This document shows positions 10,208 to 19,162 of a stretch of 34,934 bases of DNA, in pieces. This DNA is from Myxococcota bacterium (GTDB taxonomy: Bacteria > Myxococcota_A > UBA9042 > PHBI01 > JAWLBL01), in contig JAWLBL010000012.1 of assembly GCA_041687695.1 (NCBI GenBank), positions 200,991-235,924 on the forward strand, read 5' to 3'. Position 1 is the stretch's first letter; each line of letters begins with the position of its first letter. The position numbers were made by a program, and so were the translations under genes. The notes below the pieces were generated by a model. The model did no database searches and was not told where the DNA came from. It saw only the letters and a list, made by a program, of their open reading frames with translations.

Positions 10208-11757
10208 CACCAGCTCCCCCTGACGCGCACCTGCCCCAGGGCCGCACCGACCGCCGCGGCCGCGTGGCCGTCGGCGTCGTCGAAGGCGCCGCCCGGGAAC
10301 AGCACCCCCACGTCGACGCGCGCCTCGACGGCCATCGACTGCCCGATGGGCTGGGTCCAGGCCACGGCGCCGTCCAGCTCGATCCCCAGGTTCCGCTCGC
10401 CCGCCGCGCCGCGCGGCCCGGTCGGGGCCCCGCCGGCCTGCGCCGTGCGGTAGGGATCGGTCACGTCGGTCGGCGCCCGCGCCAGCAGCACGCCGCCGAG
10501 CAGCGTCAGCTCGGGCAGCGGCCGGACGCGCACCACCGGGTTGACGTACATCGCCTGGCTGACGCCGCCGCCCGTGGGCAGGCGCTCGAAGCCGACCGGC
10601 GCAGAGCCGGTGAAGCGCTCGTCCTGCAGGTTGTAGGCCGCGACCGCGGTCGTGCGGCGCTGCAGCTCGGGGAACAGGACCAGCCCGACGCGGTAGTCGG
10701 TCGCGAAGGTCATCGCGTGCAGCGTGTCGTCGTAGGGACGCGAGTCACCGCTGGCGTAGCCCGCCTCGAGGCGCGCGCCGAACCGGTCGGCGTCCGCCTG
10801 CAGCCGCACGACGCCGCCCAGCTGCGACAGGTCGTAGCCCTCGGGCTGGCTGGGCGTGCGGAACCAGGTCGCCTCGCCGCCGATGAACGCCCACTCGGTC
10901 GCGACCTGCAGCTGCCAGGGGCCGGCCTTCGTCTTGAAGGCGCCGTAGACGTCGGCCGCGAGCGCGTCGATGCCCAGCCCGCGCGCGTCGCGGAGGTGGC
11001 GCGTGACGCCGTAGGCGCCCAGCTCGAGGCGCTCGTCCTTGAACAGCACCGCCGCGACCTTGCCGTCGCCGTGGTCGCCGTCGGCGGTGTCCATGAGGTC
11101 GTCGCGGACCAGCCGGTCGAGGGCGACCGTCACGTACAGGGGCAGCCCCTGGGGGTAGCGGGCGCTGGTCAGCCCCGCGGCGGGGGCTATCGTCAGCGAC
11201 GCCCGGTCGACCACGTGGCCCACCCGGCTCAGGCCGAAGGTGTAGGGGTCCTCGGTCGCCGCGTTCGCCAGCACACCCAGACCCCAGTGGCTCGGGGTGC
11301 GACCGACCGAGACGCGGCCGTAGTCGTTGGTCACCTCGAGCAGCGCCTGCCGCACCAGCAGGGCGTCCACGGGTTGGGACGGATCGCGCGGGTCGAAGGC
11401 CAGCAGCTCCTGGCGCGGCGCGTACCAGAGCGCGCCCCCGAAGAGATCCCCGCCCAGCGCCAGGCGCGCCTCACGCAGCCAGGCCGGCCCGCCCTCGAGC
11501 TTCAGCTCGGCGCCGACCCGCAGCCGGTGCTCGAGCGTCCGCGACGGCTCGAGCCGCGTCTCGTCGGAGGCCACCGGGCGCCCCACCTCGACGGCGGACA
11601 CGGTCCCGAAGGTCGCGCGCTCCTCGAACATCAGCGACGGCGTCAGCCGCCACCCGGGCTCTTCTTCCCGCGGCGGCGCCTCGGCCCGCGCCGCGCCTCC
11701 GGCCAGCACGCCCATCCCCAGCGCCGCCGCGGCGGCTCCCTTCACCCATGCTCTCAA
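10207..11757 (-). CDS. Outer-membrane beta-barrel (alginate-export-like myxobacterial porin)
   Basis: Probable TTG start at 11757 (GTG 11745 is an alternative). Signal peptide ending ARA, VGRTPSHWGLGVLAN, EAGYASGD, LGIELD and C-terminal W. Confidence 0.75.
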   Translation of the reverse strand: MRAWVKGAAAAALGMGVLAGGAARAEAPPREEEPGWRLTPSLMFEERATFGTVSAVEVGRPVASDETRLEPSRTLEHRLRVGAELKLEGGPAWLREARLALGGDLFGGALWYAPRQELLAFDPRDPSQPVDALLVRQALLEVTNDYGRVSVGRTPSHWGLGVLANAATEDPYTFGLSRVGHVVDRASLTIAPAAGLTSARYPQGLPLYVTVALDRLVRDDLMDTADGDHGDGKVAAVLFKDERLELGAYGVTRHLRDARGLGIDALAADVYGAFKTKAGPWQLQVATEWAFIGGEATWFRTPSQPEGYDLSQLGGVVRLQADADRFGARLEAGYASGDSRPYDDTLHAMTFATDYRVGLVLFPELQRRTTAVAAYNLQDERFTGSAPVGFERLPTGGGVSQAMYVNPVVRVRPLPELTLLGGVLLARAPTDVTDPYRTAQAGGAPTGPRGAAGERNLGIELDGAVAWTQPIGQSMAVEARVDVGVLFPGGAFDDADGHAAAAVGAALGQVRVRGSW

Positions 11758-11917
11758 AGGTCCCCCTGGCGCGTCCGGCCCCCGCGCCCTCGTGTCGCGA
11801 GGGCGCGGGCCTGGACGGCGGCGCGGAGCATAGTGCCCCGCGGCCCCAGCGATCCAGCCCCATCGCACGGGTCCGGCCCGGGATGACAAGCTGGGCCCGA
11901 TGGGTGAGACTCGGGGC

Positions 11918-12215
11918 ATGAGACCGCTCACGCTCGCGCTCCTCGTGATGGGGGCTCCTCGCGGCCTGCGAGGCCCGCTCCGACGACGGCCTCCGGCAGC
12001 TCCGACAGGGCCCCGGGCTCGAGGGCCCGCGCATCGTGCACCTGGGCCTCGCGGGTGACGGGACGACGCTGGACCGCCTCGACGGCGCGTCGTGGTGAGC
12101 GTTCGCCGTCATGCCGGGGGCGGGTGGGAGCCTGGCCGTCGGGTCGGGCGAGCGCATGTTCGCGACTCAGGACGGGGTGTTCGACAGCGGCGGTCTGTGG
12201 GAGCTGATCCGGTGA
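11918..12215 (+). pseudogene. Disrupted lipoprotein gene remnant (frameshift in a G5 run plus internal TGA)
   Basis: MRPLTLALLVMG is followed, after one extra G in 11950-11954, by LLAAC (lipobox). That frame has a TGA at 12096-12098 and continues to TGA 12213-12215. Confidence 0.55.
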
Positions 12216-12240
12216 CCGACCGAGGAGAGGAGCGAGATTG

Positions 12241-12924
12241 GTGAGGAGAACCTGGATGGCGGTGGGGTTGATGGGGGTGCTGGCGGGCGCGCCGGCCTGC
12301 GGCGAGGACAAGGAGGCGCGGCGGGCCGCGAAGGCGGCGGCGTTCGAGCGGGACCACGGGGCGGCGCTGCGGGACAAGGCCGCCAAGCTGGAGGCGATCG
12401 TCGCCGACGCGGCCTCGCGGGCGCCGTTGGGGTCGGTCGCGCCTGCGGCGGGCGTGGCGAAGCTGCACTTCGGCAAGGGCGGCAACGCCGAGGCCGTGAA
12501 CCTCGAGACGTTGACCCAGGCCAAGGCACAGGTGTTCCTGGCCTACAAGAATGGCCACGGTCTGAAGGCGCTGCAGGACCTTGCGGCCGGGCGCGAGCCG
12601 CTGCAGAGCTCGCTGCGCGACGCGGTCCCGCTCGACTACCTGCTGGTCGTGCGGCAGGCCGAGTTCGTCGACCCGGTGGAGAAGACGGGGACCCTGTTCA
12701 AGTTCAAGCCGGGCCGCGTCGCGGGTGACGCGCTGCTCTACGGGCTGGCCAAGGGCGAGTTCCTCGGCGGCGTGCCCTACCAGGCCGCCAGCTCCGAGAC
12801 GGTCACCGCCTCGCGCGAGCACACCGAGGCCGCGCTCCGTGGCGATCTCAGCCGCCGGGCCGAGGAGGCCATCGCGGCCGCCCTGGCGCCGCTCGCCGAG
12901 GATCTGAAGCCGCCGTCGCGCTGA
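12241..12924 (+). CDS. Hypothetical lipoprotein
   Basis: Strong GAGGAG RBS, GTG 12241 (or TTG 12238), signal peptide ending APAC, typical high-GC codon pattern. Confidence 0.8.
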   Translation: MRRTWMAVGLMGVLAGAPACGEDKEARRAAKAAAFERDHGAALRDKAAKLEAIVADAASRAPLGSVAPAAGVAKLHFGKGGNAEAVNLETLTQAKAQVFLAYKNGHGLKALQDLAAGREPLQSSLRDAVPLDYLLVVRQAEFVDPVEKTGTLFKFKPGRVAGDALLYGLAKGEFLGGVPYQAASSETVTASREHTEAALRGDLSRRAEEAIAAALAPLAEDLKPPSR

Positions 12925-12938
12925 ACCGCCGCCGGGGC

Positions 12939-12988
12939 TTGCCTTTGCGTGCGAACGCATGTAAATGATTTACGTGCGTTCGCACGCA
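12939..12988 (+). promoter_or_regulatory. Palindromic MarR-type operator overlapping a candidate promoter
   Basis: 21-bp arms 12946-12966 and 12968-12988 with one mismatch. TTGCCT-N17-TAAATG overlaps it. It ends 19 nt upstream of the marR-like start. Confidence 0.75.
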
Positions 12989-13007
12989 GCTGGCAGCTCG
13001 AGGTGGC

Positions 13008-13472
13008 ATGGCGATGGCGCGAGACGAGGCGCGAGGGTTGAGAGACGCGGTGCGGCGGCTGATGGTCGCGCACGGCGTGATGGACGAGGCGCGGCGGCCT
13101 TGCGGGGCGCCGGTGAGCCTGCCGCAGGCCCACGCGCTGCTCGAGCTGCTGGCGGCGACCGAACCCCTGACGGTCTCCGAGTTGGCCGACCGCCTGCCCC
13201 TCGACCGGAGCAACGTCTCGCGGCTGTGCGACCGGATGGCCGAGCAGGGCGAGCTCGCGCGCGCGCCCCACCCTCGCGACGGCCGCGCGCGCGCGCTCGT
13301 CTTGACGCAGCAGGGCCAGCGCGTCGCGCGATCGGTCGACGCCAGCAGCGCCGAGCACTTCGCGCGGCTCGCGGCGGCGCTGGGCGACGATGTGCCCCGC
13401 GTCGTCGACGCGCTGACGCTGCTCACCCGAGCCATGGAGCGGCTCGACCACTCGGACGAGGAACCCTCATGA
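13008..13472 (+). CDS. MarR-family transcriptional regulator
   Basis: SLPQAHALLEL, LTVSELADRLPLDRSNVSRLCDRM and DGRARALVLTQQG winged-helix motifs. Confidence 0.95.
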   Translation: MAMARDEARGLRDAVRRLMVAHGVMDEARRPCGAPVSLPQAHALLELLAATEPLTVSELADRLPLDRSNVSRLCDRMAEQGELARAPHPRDGRARALVLTQQGQRVARSVDASSAEHFARLAAALGDDVPRVVDALTLLTRAMERLDHSDEEPS

Positions 13473-14119
13473 AGCGTGCGATGAAGCGGTCGATCACCCT
13501 TGTCGCCTTCGCCGTGAGCGCGGCTTGCTCGCCCGAGCCCGAGCCGGCGCCCGCCGATGCCAGGTCTGCGCCCACCACGGCGCAAACGGCGCAGCCCGTC
13601 TCGGCGTCCGCCGAGCCGACGCCAGCCGCGGCGCCAACGGCGGACGCGGTCCAGGACCCGTCGTGCGACGCGACCGTCGCGCTGAACCAGCTGGACCCGC
13701 GCCAGCCCGTGCCGCTGCAGCCGATGATGGCCTGGCACCAGAAGCAGAACATGCAGCAGCACCTGGTCGCCGTTCAGCAGATCGTGGACGCCGTGGCGCG
13801 CGACGACTGGGACGCGGCCGCGACCGCCGCGCGGAGCATCGGCACCTCGCCGCAGATGCAGCAGATGTGCCAGCACATGGGGATGGGCGCCCAGGGCTTC
13901 ACCGAGCTGGCCCTGGACTTCCATCGCCGCGCCGACGGCATCGCCGAGGCCGCCACCCAACGCGACGCCACGGCCGTCCTGCGCGCCACCTCGCACACGC
14001 TGCAGGCCTGCACGGCCTGCCACGCCAGCTATCGGCAGGACGTGGTCGACGCCGCGACCTGGCAGGCCCGTACCGGCTCGGCGCACGTGCCGATGCAGGG
14101 CGGCCATCACGCCCCGTGA
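13469..14119 (+). CDS. Lipoprotein cytochrome c, class II (c'/c556-like)
   Basis: ATGA overlap with the MarR stop, lipobox SAAC, helical body, single C-terminal CTACH haem motif. Confidence 0.88.
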   Translation: MKRAMKRSITLVAFAVSAACSPEPEPAPADARSAPTTAQTAQPVSASAEPTPAAAPTADAVQDPSCDATVALNQLDPRQPVPLQPMMAWHQKQNMQQHLVAVQQIVDAVARDDWDAAATAARSIGTSPQMQQMCQHMGMGAQGFTELALDFHRRADGIAEAATQRDATAVLRATSHTLQACTACHASYRQDVVDAATWQARTGSAHVPMQGGHHAP

Positions 14120-14313
14120 CGGCGGGCGCGCTCGCCAGGGTGGGGCTGGTGTTGGCCTCGTTGACGCTGGCGGCGTGCGGGACGGCGACGGCCGAGCAGG
14201 TCTTCGGGCAGCTGGCCGAGGGGAGCTGCGAGCAGCAGTGCGATGACGCCCACGCCCGCGACGGGGACCTGTTCACCTTCAACCGGTGCATGGAGCGCTG
14301 CCGCGAGCCGTGA
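14116..14313 (+). CDS. 65-aa lipoprotein with twin CX3C motif
   Basis: GTGA overlap with the cytochrome stop, lipobox LAAC, CEQQC-x15-CMERC. Confidence 0.7.
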   Translation: MTAGALARVGLVLASLTLAACGTATAEQVFGQLAEGSCEQQCDDAHARDGDLFTFNRCMERCREP

Positions 14314-14316
14314 CGC

Positions 14317-17300
14317 TCAGGCCGGCACGGCGCCCAGCCGCCTGGCGGCCGCGGCCGCGCGGGCGTCCTCGCGCAGGCGCTGCCACTGCGCGAGCTCGAG
14401 GCGCCAGGCCTGATGGGCGCGGGTGTGCTCGCCCGCGGCGCGCGCCAGATCGCCGGCATGGCGCGCCAGCAGGGCCACGTCCACGTCGACCAGGGCGCCC
14501 TCGCCGGCCAGGGGCGCCGTCTCGGCCAGGTGGCGATCCCAGGCCGCCCAATCGCAGCGGGCGGCCGCGCAGGCCAGCAGCGCGGGCGCGACCAGGTGCG
14601 CGTCGGCGTGGCGCTGCATGGCGCGGTAGGCGTCGCGCACCCCCTCGAGCGACGCGCGGGCCGCCGTGTACTGGCGCCGCGCCATCTGCATCAACGCCAG
14701 CCCGTGATCGGCGTAGGCGACCGCGCTGGAGCCCAGGCGCAATAGCATCTCGCGGGCCTGGCGATAGCTGGCCAGCGCGCCCTCGGGATCGCGCCCCAGC
14801 CGGCAGGCGTCGCCGCGGATGACGTGCCCCAGCGCCACCTGCAGCGGCGCGCTCAGCGCCTCGAGGTCGCCGCGGGCCTCGTCGACCAGGGCCAGCGCCT
14901 CGTCGCGCTTCCATCGGCGCAGCAGCGCCTCGGCCAGCCGCTGCTTGCTCTGCGCGACCCCCGAGGCGTTGCCGATCTTCTCGTGCAGGTTCAGCGCCCG
15001 CACGATCTGGGTCTGCGCCCAGTCGAGATCCCCGGCGTAGCGCGCGATGACGCCCAGGTTTTGCATCGCGTGCGCCATCCCCATCCGGTTGCGCGCCGTC
15101 TCGTACAGCCCATAGGCCTCGTCGGTCAGCGCCACCGCCCGCGACAGGTGTCCCTGGTCGCGCGCCGCCACCCCCATGCCCAGCAGCGCCTGCGGCAGGA
15201 TGGTCGCCCACCCGTGCGCGCGCGCCGCCTGGCAGGCCCGCTCGGACCAGAACCAGGCCTCGTCGATGCGCCCCTGGTTCGAGGCGATCCAGCTGCGCAG
15301 CGTCCATCCCGCGCCCCAGCGCGGATCCGCCTCGGGCACGCCGCCGCGCTCGAGCGCGGCTTCGCGGAGCTCGAGCAGGGCGACGCCGTCGCGGTACTCG
15401 GCCGCGACGCGCTTGTGCGACGCACCATCGAGCAGGGGCGCCAGCGCCTCTTCGAAGGCCCCCGCCTCGAACAGGTGGCGCCCGATGCGCTCGCTCATCC
15501 CGGGGAAGTTCGGCGGATATTGGCGCCGCAGCATGCGGACGCAGGCCTGATGGAACAGCTGCCAGCGCCCTCCCTCGGCCGCGCGGCGCTCGAGCGCCTC
15601 CCGCAGGGCCGCGTGCGCGAAGGTCCAGCCGGCCTCGCTGCGCGCCGCCAGCCGCTCGCGGAACAGGCGCCCGACCAGCTCGGGGTCGAGGGTCAGGTCG
15701 GCCTCGGCGCAGGCGGTCACCCACTCGGTCGGGATGACCTCGCGGCCGAGCAGCGCGGCCAGCTGCAGCGTCGCCTCGGCCTCGGGGTCGGCGGACTCCA
15801 TCAGCCGCTCGATGCGGAGCGCCCAGACCTGGTAGAGGTCGTCGGGCAGGACGGCCTCCTCGCCAGGTCGCAGGACGAAGCCGCGCTCGCCGACCTCGAG
15901 CACGCCGCGCTGCACCCAGTCGCCGACCAGCTGGACGGCGAAGAGCGGGTTGCCGGCGGTGCGCTCCTCGACCCTGCGCGCCAGCTCGCCCTCGAGCCCC
16001 AGGAGCTGCTGGACCAGCGCCGAGTGATCCTGCGGCGCGAGCGGGCCCACCTTGATGGCTTGCGCCCCCGGGCGCGCCGCCAACGCGCGCATGCGGTCCA
16101 GGACGTCGGGCTGCAGAGCCAGCGCCTCGTCGCGCGCGGTCAGGACCAGCAGCGCGGGCAGAGGGACGCCGTCCGAGGCCGCCAGCAGGAACTCGGCGAA
16201 GTCGATGGAGTCGCGGCTGTAGTTGACGTCGTCCAGCCACACGATGACGGGGCGGTCGGCGGCTTCGCGCTGCAGCATGCGCCGCACCAGCGCGTAGCCC
16301 TCCTCGCGGCCGCCGAAGCGGATGCGCTGCGCGCCGGCGGCGATGTCGGCTTCGGTCGCCGGGGCGACGAGCTCGACCAGGGCGTTGTGTTCATAGGGGT
16401 CGGTGACGCCCTGCCGGACGAGCCGCGCGGTGACGCGGCGCAGCATGTCCGCGCGGTCCAGCCCCACGCAACCCAGCTGCTCGGCCACCATGCGGGGCAG
16501 GCCGTCCGCGGCGCCCGGGCGCGTGCTGTGGAAGGCCTTCCAGACGTGGGCGCCGCCTACCTCGTGGGCGCGCTGGCAGACCCACTCGACGACGCGGCTC
16601 TTGCCGGTGCCCGCGTTGCCGTGCAGGACGACCAGGCGCGGATGTTGCAGGTCCCCGACCTCGCGCAGGGCCTCCCACAGGGCGCTGCGGGCGCCCTCGC
16701 GGTCGATGAGCGGCACGGTGCGCAGGCCGTACAGCCCGAGGCCGGTGCCGACGAGCTGCATGGAGACGTCGGGGCCCGAGGGGCGGGACCAGGTGTCGGG
16801 CAGCGGGGGGGCGCGGCGGTCGCAGAGGGTCAGGGGGTCGTCGGGGAGCGCGAAGGCGGCGGTCGGCAGATCGGACGGCAGGGCGCGTTGGTCGGGCGAG
16901 GTGTCGAAGGCGTCCGAGTCGAGCTGCGGGATGGTGATGGCGACGGTGTCGCGGAAGGCGACCTCGTAGTCGCCGGTGGGTGAGGCGGCCTTTCCCGAGA
17001 GCTGCGCGGCGAGGAGGGCGCCGGTGGCGGGGTCGGGCTCGGGATCGGCGAGCTGCGCCAGGGCCCAGGCTGCGTCGGCGGCGGTCTGGAAGCGGTCCCA
17101 CGGCTCCTTCTGGAGCATCCTGCGGACCCAGGTCTCGAACCCCTCCGGGAGGGGGTGGGGCGCGCGCAGGCGGGGGATGGGGTCCTCGAGCTGGCGGTAG
17201 AGCAGCTCGAGGGGGGTGTCGGCGACGAAGGGGGGCGCCCCCGTGGCCATCTCGAAGGCCATGCAGCCCAGGGCGTAGAGATCGGTCCACGGCCCGTAGT

Positions 17301-17904
17301 CGCGCCACCAGGCGCGGCACTGCTCGGGGGCCATGTACTCGGGGGTGCCCTCGGTGACGCCCTCGGACAGCGAGTCGGCCTGGCGCTGCAGGGCGTGGGC
17401 GATGCCGAAGTCCGTCAGCTTCAGCCCGGGTCGCATGTCGCCGGGACCGCACATCAGCACGTTGGCGGGCTTCAAGTCCCGATGGACGACGCCGCGGGCG
17501 TGGGCGTGGGCCAGGGCGTCGAGGAGCACCAGCAAGACGCTCTTGAGGTCCGGCCAGACCAGGGGGAAGCTCAGCCGGTCCAGCGCGCCTCCGCTGGCCA
17601 TCTCCATGACCAGGTAGGGTGTCCCGGCCCGTAGACGACCGCCCGAAGCCTGCTCGGCCTGGGCGTCCACCTCGCCGTGATCGAAGACCATCACGATCGA
17701 CGGATGGTCCAGCCCGGCGACCGCCCGCACCTCGTTCTCGAAGGTCTGCCGGTAGACCGGGTCGGTGGCCCACGGCTCGGTGACGAACTTGATGGCGACC
17801 GGCGTGCGCTGCACGGCGTGAACGCCCGACCACACGACCGCCATGCCGCCTTCGCCGATGGGCCTGAGCAGCTCGAACGGGCCGACCTTCACGGGCGTCG
17901 TCAC
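14317..17904 (-). CDS. Hanks-type Ser/Thr kinase with STAND-like P-loop ATPase and TPR repeats
   Basis: GTG 17904 with GGAGG/GAGGGG. IGEGGM, VAIK, HRDLKPAN, DFG, GTPEYMAPE; Walker A GNAGTGKS; Walker B VIVWLDD; GNPLF; C-terminal TPR-like helices. Confidence 0.93.
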   Translation of the reverse strand: MTTPVKVGPFELLRPIGEGGMAVVWSGVHAVQRTPVAIKFVTEPWATDPVYRQTFENEVRAVAGLDHPSIVMVFDHGEVDAQAEQASGGRLRAGTPYLVMEMASGGALDRLSFPLVWPDLKSVLLVLLDALAHAHARGVVHRDLKPANVLMCGPGDMRPGLKLTDFGIAHALQRQADSLSEGVTEGTPEYMAPEQCRAWWRDYGPWTDLYALGCMAFEMATGAPPFVADTPLELLYRQLEDPIPRLRAPHPLPEGFETWVRRMLQKEPWDRFQTAADAAWALAQLADPEPDPATGALLAAQLSGKAASPTGDYEVAFRDTVAITIPQLDSDAFDTSPDQRALPSDLPTAAFALPDDPLTLCDRRAPPLPDTWSRPSGPDVSMQLVGTGLGLYGLRTVPLIDREGARSALWEALREVGDLQHPRLVVLHGNAGTGKSRVVEWVCQRAHEVGGAHVWKAFHSTRPGAADGLPRMVAEQLGCVGLDRADMLRRVTARLVRQGVTDPYEHNALVELVAPATEADIAAGAQRIRFGGREEGYALVRRMLQREAADRPVIVWLDDVNYSRDSIDFAEFLLAASDGVPLPALLVLTARDEALALQPDVLDRMRALAARPGAQAIKVGPLAPQDHSALVQQLLGLEGELARRVEERTAGNPLFAVQLVGDWVQRGVLEVGERGFVLRPGEEAVLPDDLYQVWALRIERLMESADPEAEATLQLAALLGREVIPTEWVTACAEADLTLDPELVGRLFRERLAARSEAGWTFAHAALREALERRAAEGGRWQLFHQACVRMLRRQYPPNFPGMSERIGRHLFEAGAFEEALAPLLDGASHKRVAAEYRDGVALLELREAALERGGVPEADPRWGAGWTLRSWIASNQGRIDEAWFWSERACQAARAHGWATILPQALLGMGVAARDQGHLSRAVALTDEAYGLYETARNRMGMAHAMQNLGVIARYAGDLDWAQTQIVRALNLHEKIGNASGVAQSKQRLAEALLRRWKRDEALALVDEARGDLEALSAPLQVALGHVIRGDACRLGRDPEGALASYRQAREMLLRLGSSAVAYADHGLALMQMARRQYTAARASLEGVRDAYRAMQRHADAHLVAPALLACAAARCDWAAWDRHLAETAPLAGEGALVDVDVALLARHAGDLARAAGEHTRAHQAWRLELAQWQRLREDARAAAAARRLGAVPA

Positions 17905-18158
17905 GGTCCCCTCGCCTCCGGGGCCACCCCTTCGGCCCGCGCGCGCGAGCGAGTCTACTGGCCCCCCGAGGCGGCGGCAAACCGAGGTGCCTTTGCGCCT
18001 CGCGCCCGCCGCGGGCCGCGACGTGGCGGGCCGCGGACCGCCGAGTCCCCAGCGCCGGGGTCCGGAGGCCTCAGATTCGGACACCCTGCGAGGCCTGGTC
18101 GGCCCCGCAGCGCCCGAGCCAAGCGTCCCCAACACAGGCCGACACATCGAGCGCTCGG

Positions 18159-18174
18159 TGGCACGGCACATGCT
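18159..18174 (+). promoter_or_regulatory. Candidate sigma-54 (-24/-12) promoter
   Basis: TGGCACGGCACATGCT has exact GG-N10-GC spacing, with one mismatch to TGGCACG-N4-TTGCW. It lies 64 nt before ATG 18239. Confidence 0.6.
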
Positions 18175-18238
18175 CTTGGACGCGCGCGAATCAGCCGCGC
18201 GCCCTTCAGCGACCGCGGCGTGCCACGGAGGCCCTCCC

Positions 18239-19162
18239 ATGTCACTCGCGCGTCCCGTCGAACCCGGTGTCACCTATCTCATCACCCGCCGGGCGCACCG
18301 GCGGCGCTTCGCCTTCGTCCCCAAGCGCAAGGTGCGGCGCCTGTTCGGCTATGCGCTGTCGGAGGCCGCCGCCAAGCACGGGATCATCTTGCATTCGGTC
18401 ATGGTCATGTCGAACCACTACCACATCGTCCTGACCGACACGCGGGGCGTCCTGCCGGACTTCCTGCGGGACTTCCACAAGGAGGTCGCCTGCTGCCTCA
18501 ACGCGAGCCACGACGAGTGGGGCTCGGTCTGGGAAGCCGAGCAGACGTCGGCCGTGCGCCTGCTGTCGGCGGACGACGTGCTCGAACACATGGTCTACAC
18601 CCTGGTCAACCCCGTCGAGGCCGGGCTGGTGGCTTCGCACCGCGACTGGCCCGGCCTGCACAGCAGCCCCGCGAGCTGCGATCGCGCGCCCGTCTGCTTC
18701 GAGCGGCCCGAGGCCTACTTCAGCCGCAAGCGCAAGCGCCCCGACCAGACCCGCCTGGTCATCACCGCCCCGCCGCAGTTCTCCCACCTCTCCAACGCCG
18801 CCTTCGCCGACCTCTTCGCCCGCCGCGTCGCCGCCGCCGAGGCCGCCATCCAGCGCCGCGTCGCCGAAGAGGGTGGCAGCTTCCTCGGCGTCGATGCCGT
18901 CCTCCGCACGCCCCGCCACACCCAGCCCACCAGCTGGGAGAAGCGCCGCGCCATCAACCCGACCCTCGCCTGCCGGGACACCGAAGCCCGCGTCCTCCAG
19001 CTCGCCGCCGACAAGGTCTGGCAGGAGGCCTACCAGGCGGCCCTCACCAAGTGGCGCCAAGGCGACCGCGAGGTCGTCTTCCCCCGCGGCACCTGGAAGA
19101 TGGTGCGCGTCCACGCCGCCCACCACGTTCCGCCGCTCGCTCGAGGCCGCTCAGCAGCCTGA
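18239..19162 (+). CDS. REP-associated tyrosine transposase (RAYT, Y1 HUH, IS200/IS605 superfamily)
   Basis: GGAGG RBS. TYLITRR, VMSNHYHIV (HUH), VW, YTLVNPVEAGLV (catalytic Tyr plus NPV) and WPGLHSS, with a C-terminal extension containing FPRGTW. Confidence 0.9.
   Translation: MSLARPVEPGVTYLITRRAHRRRFAFVPKRKVRRLFGYALSEAAAKHGIILHSVMVMSNHYHIVLTDTRGVLPDFLRDFHKEVACCLNASHDEWGSVWEAEQTSAVRLLSADDVLEHMVYTLVNPVEAGLVASHRDWPGLHSSPASCDRAPVCFERPEAYFSRKRKRPDQTRLVITAPPQFSHLSNAAFADLFARRVAAAEAAIQRRVAEEGGSFLGVDAVLRTPRHTQPTSWEKRRAINPTLACRDTEARVLQLAADKVWQEAYQAALTKWRQGDREVVFPRGTWKMVRVHAAHHVPPLARGRSAA

Noticed and set aside
12096..12098. Selenocysteine read-through at the TGA
   Set aside because: No redox motif context or recognisable SECIS, and the gene also has a frameshift.
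17970..18000. c-di-GMP-I riboswitch (GGCAAACC; also near 32238)
   Set aside because: The downstream GNRA stem and GACGCAAAG elements are missing.
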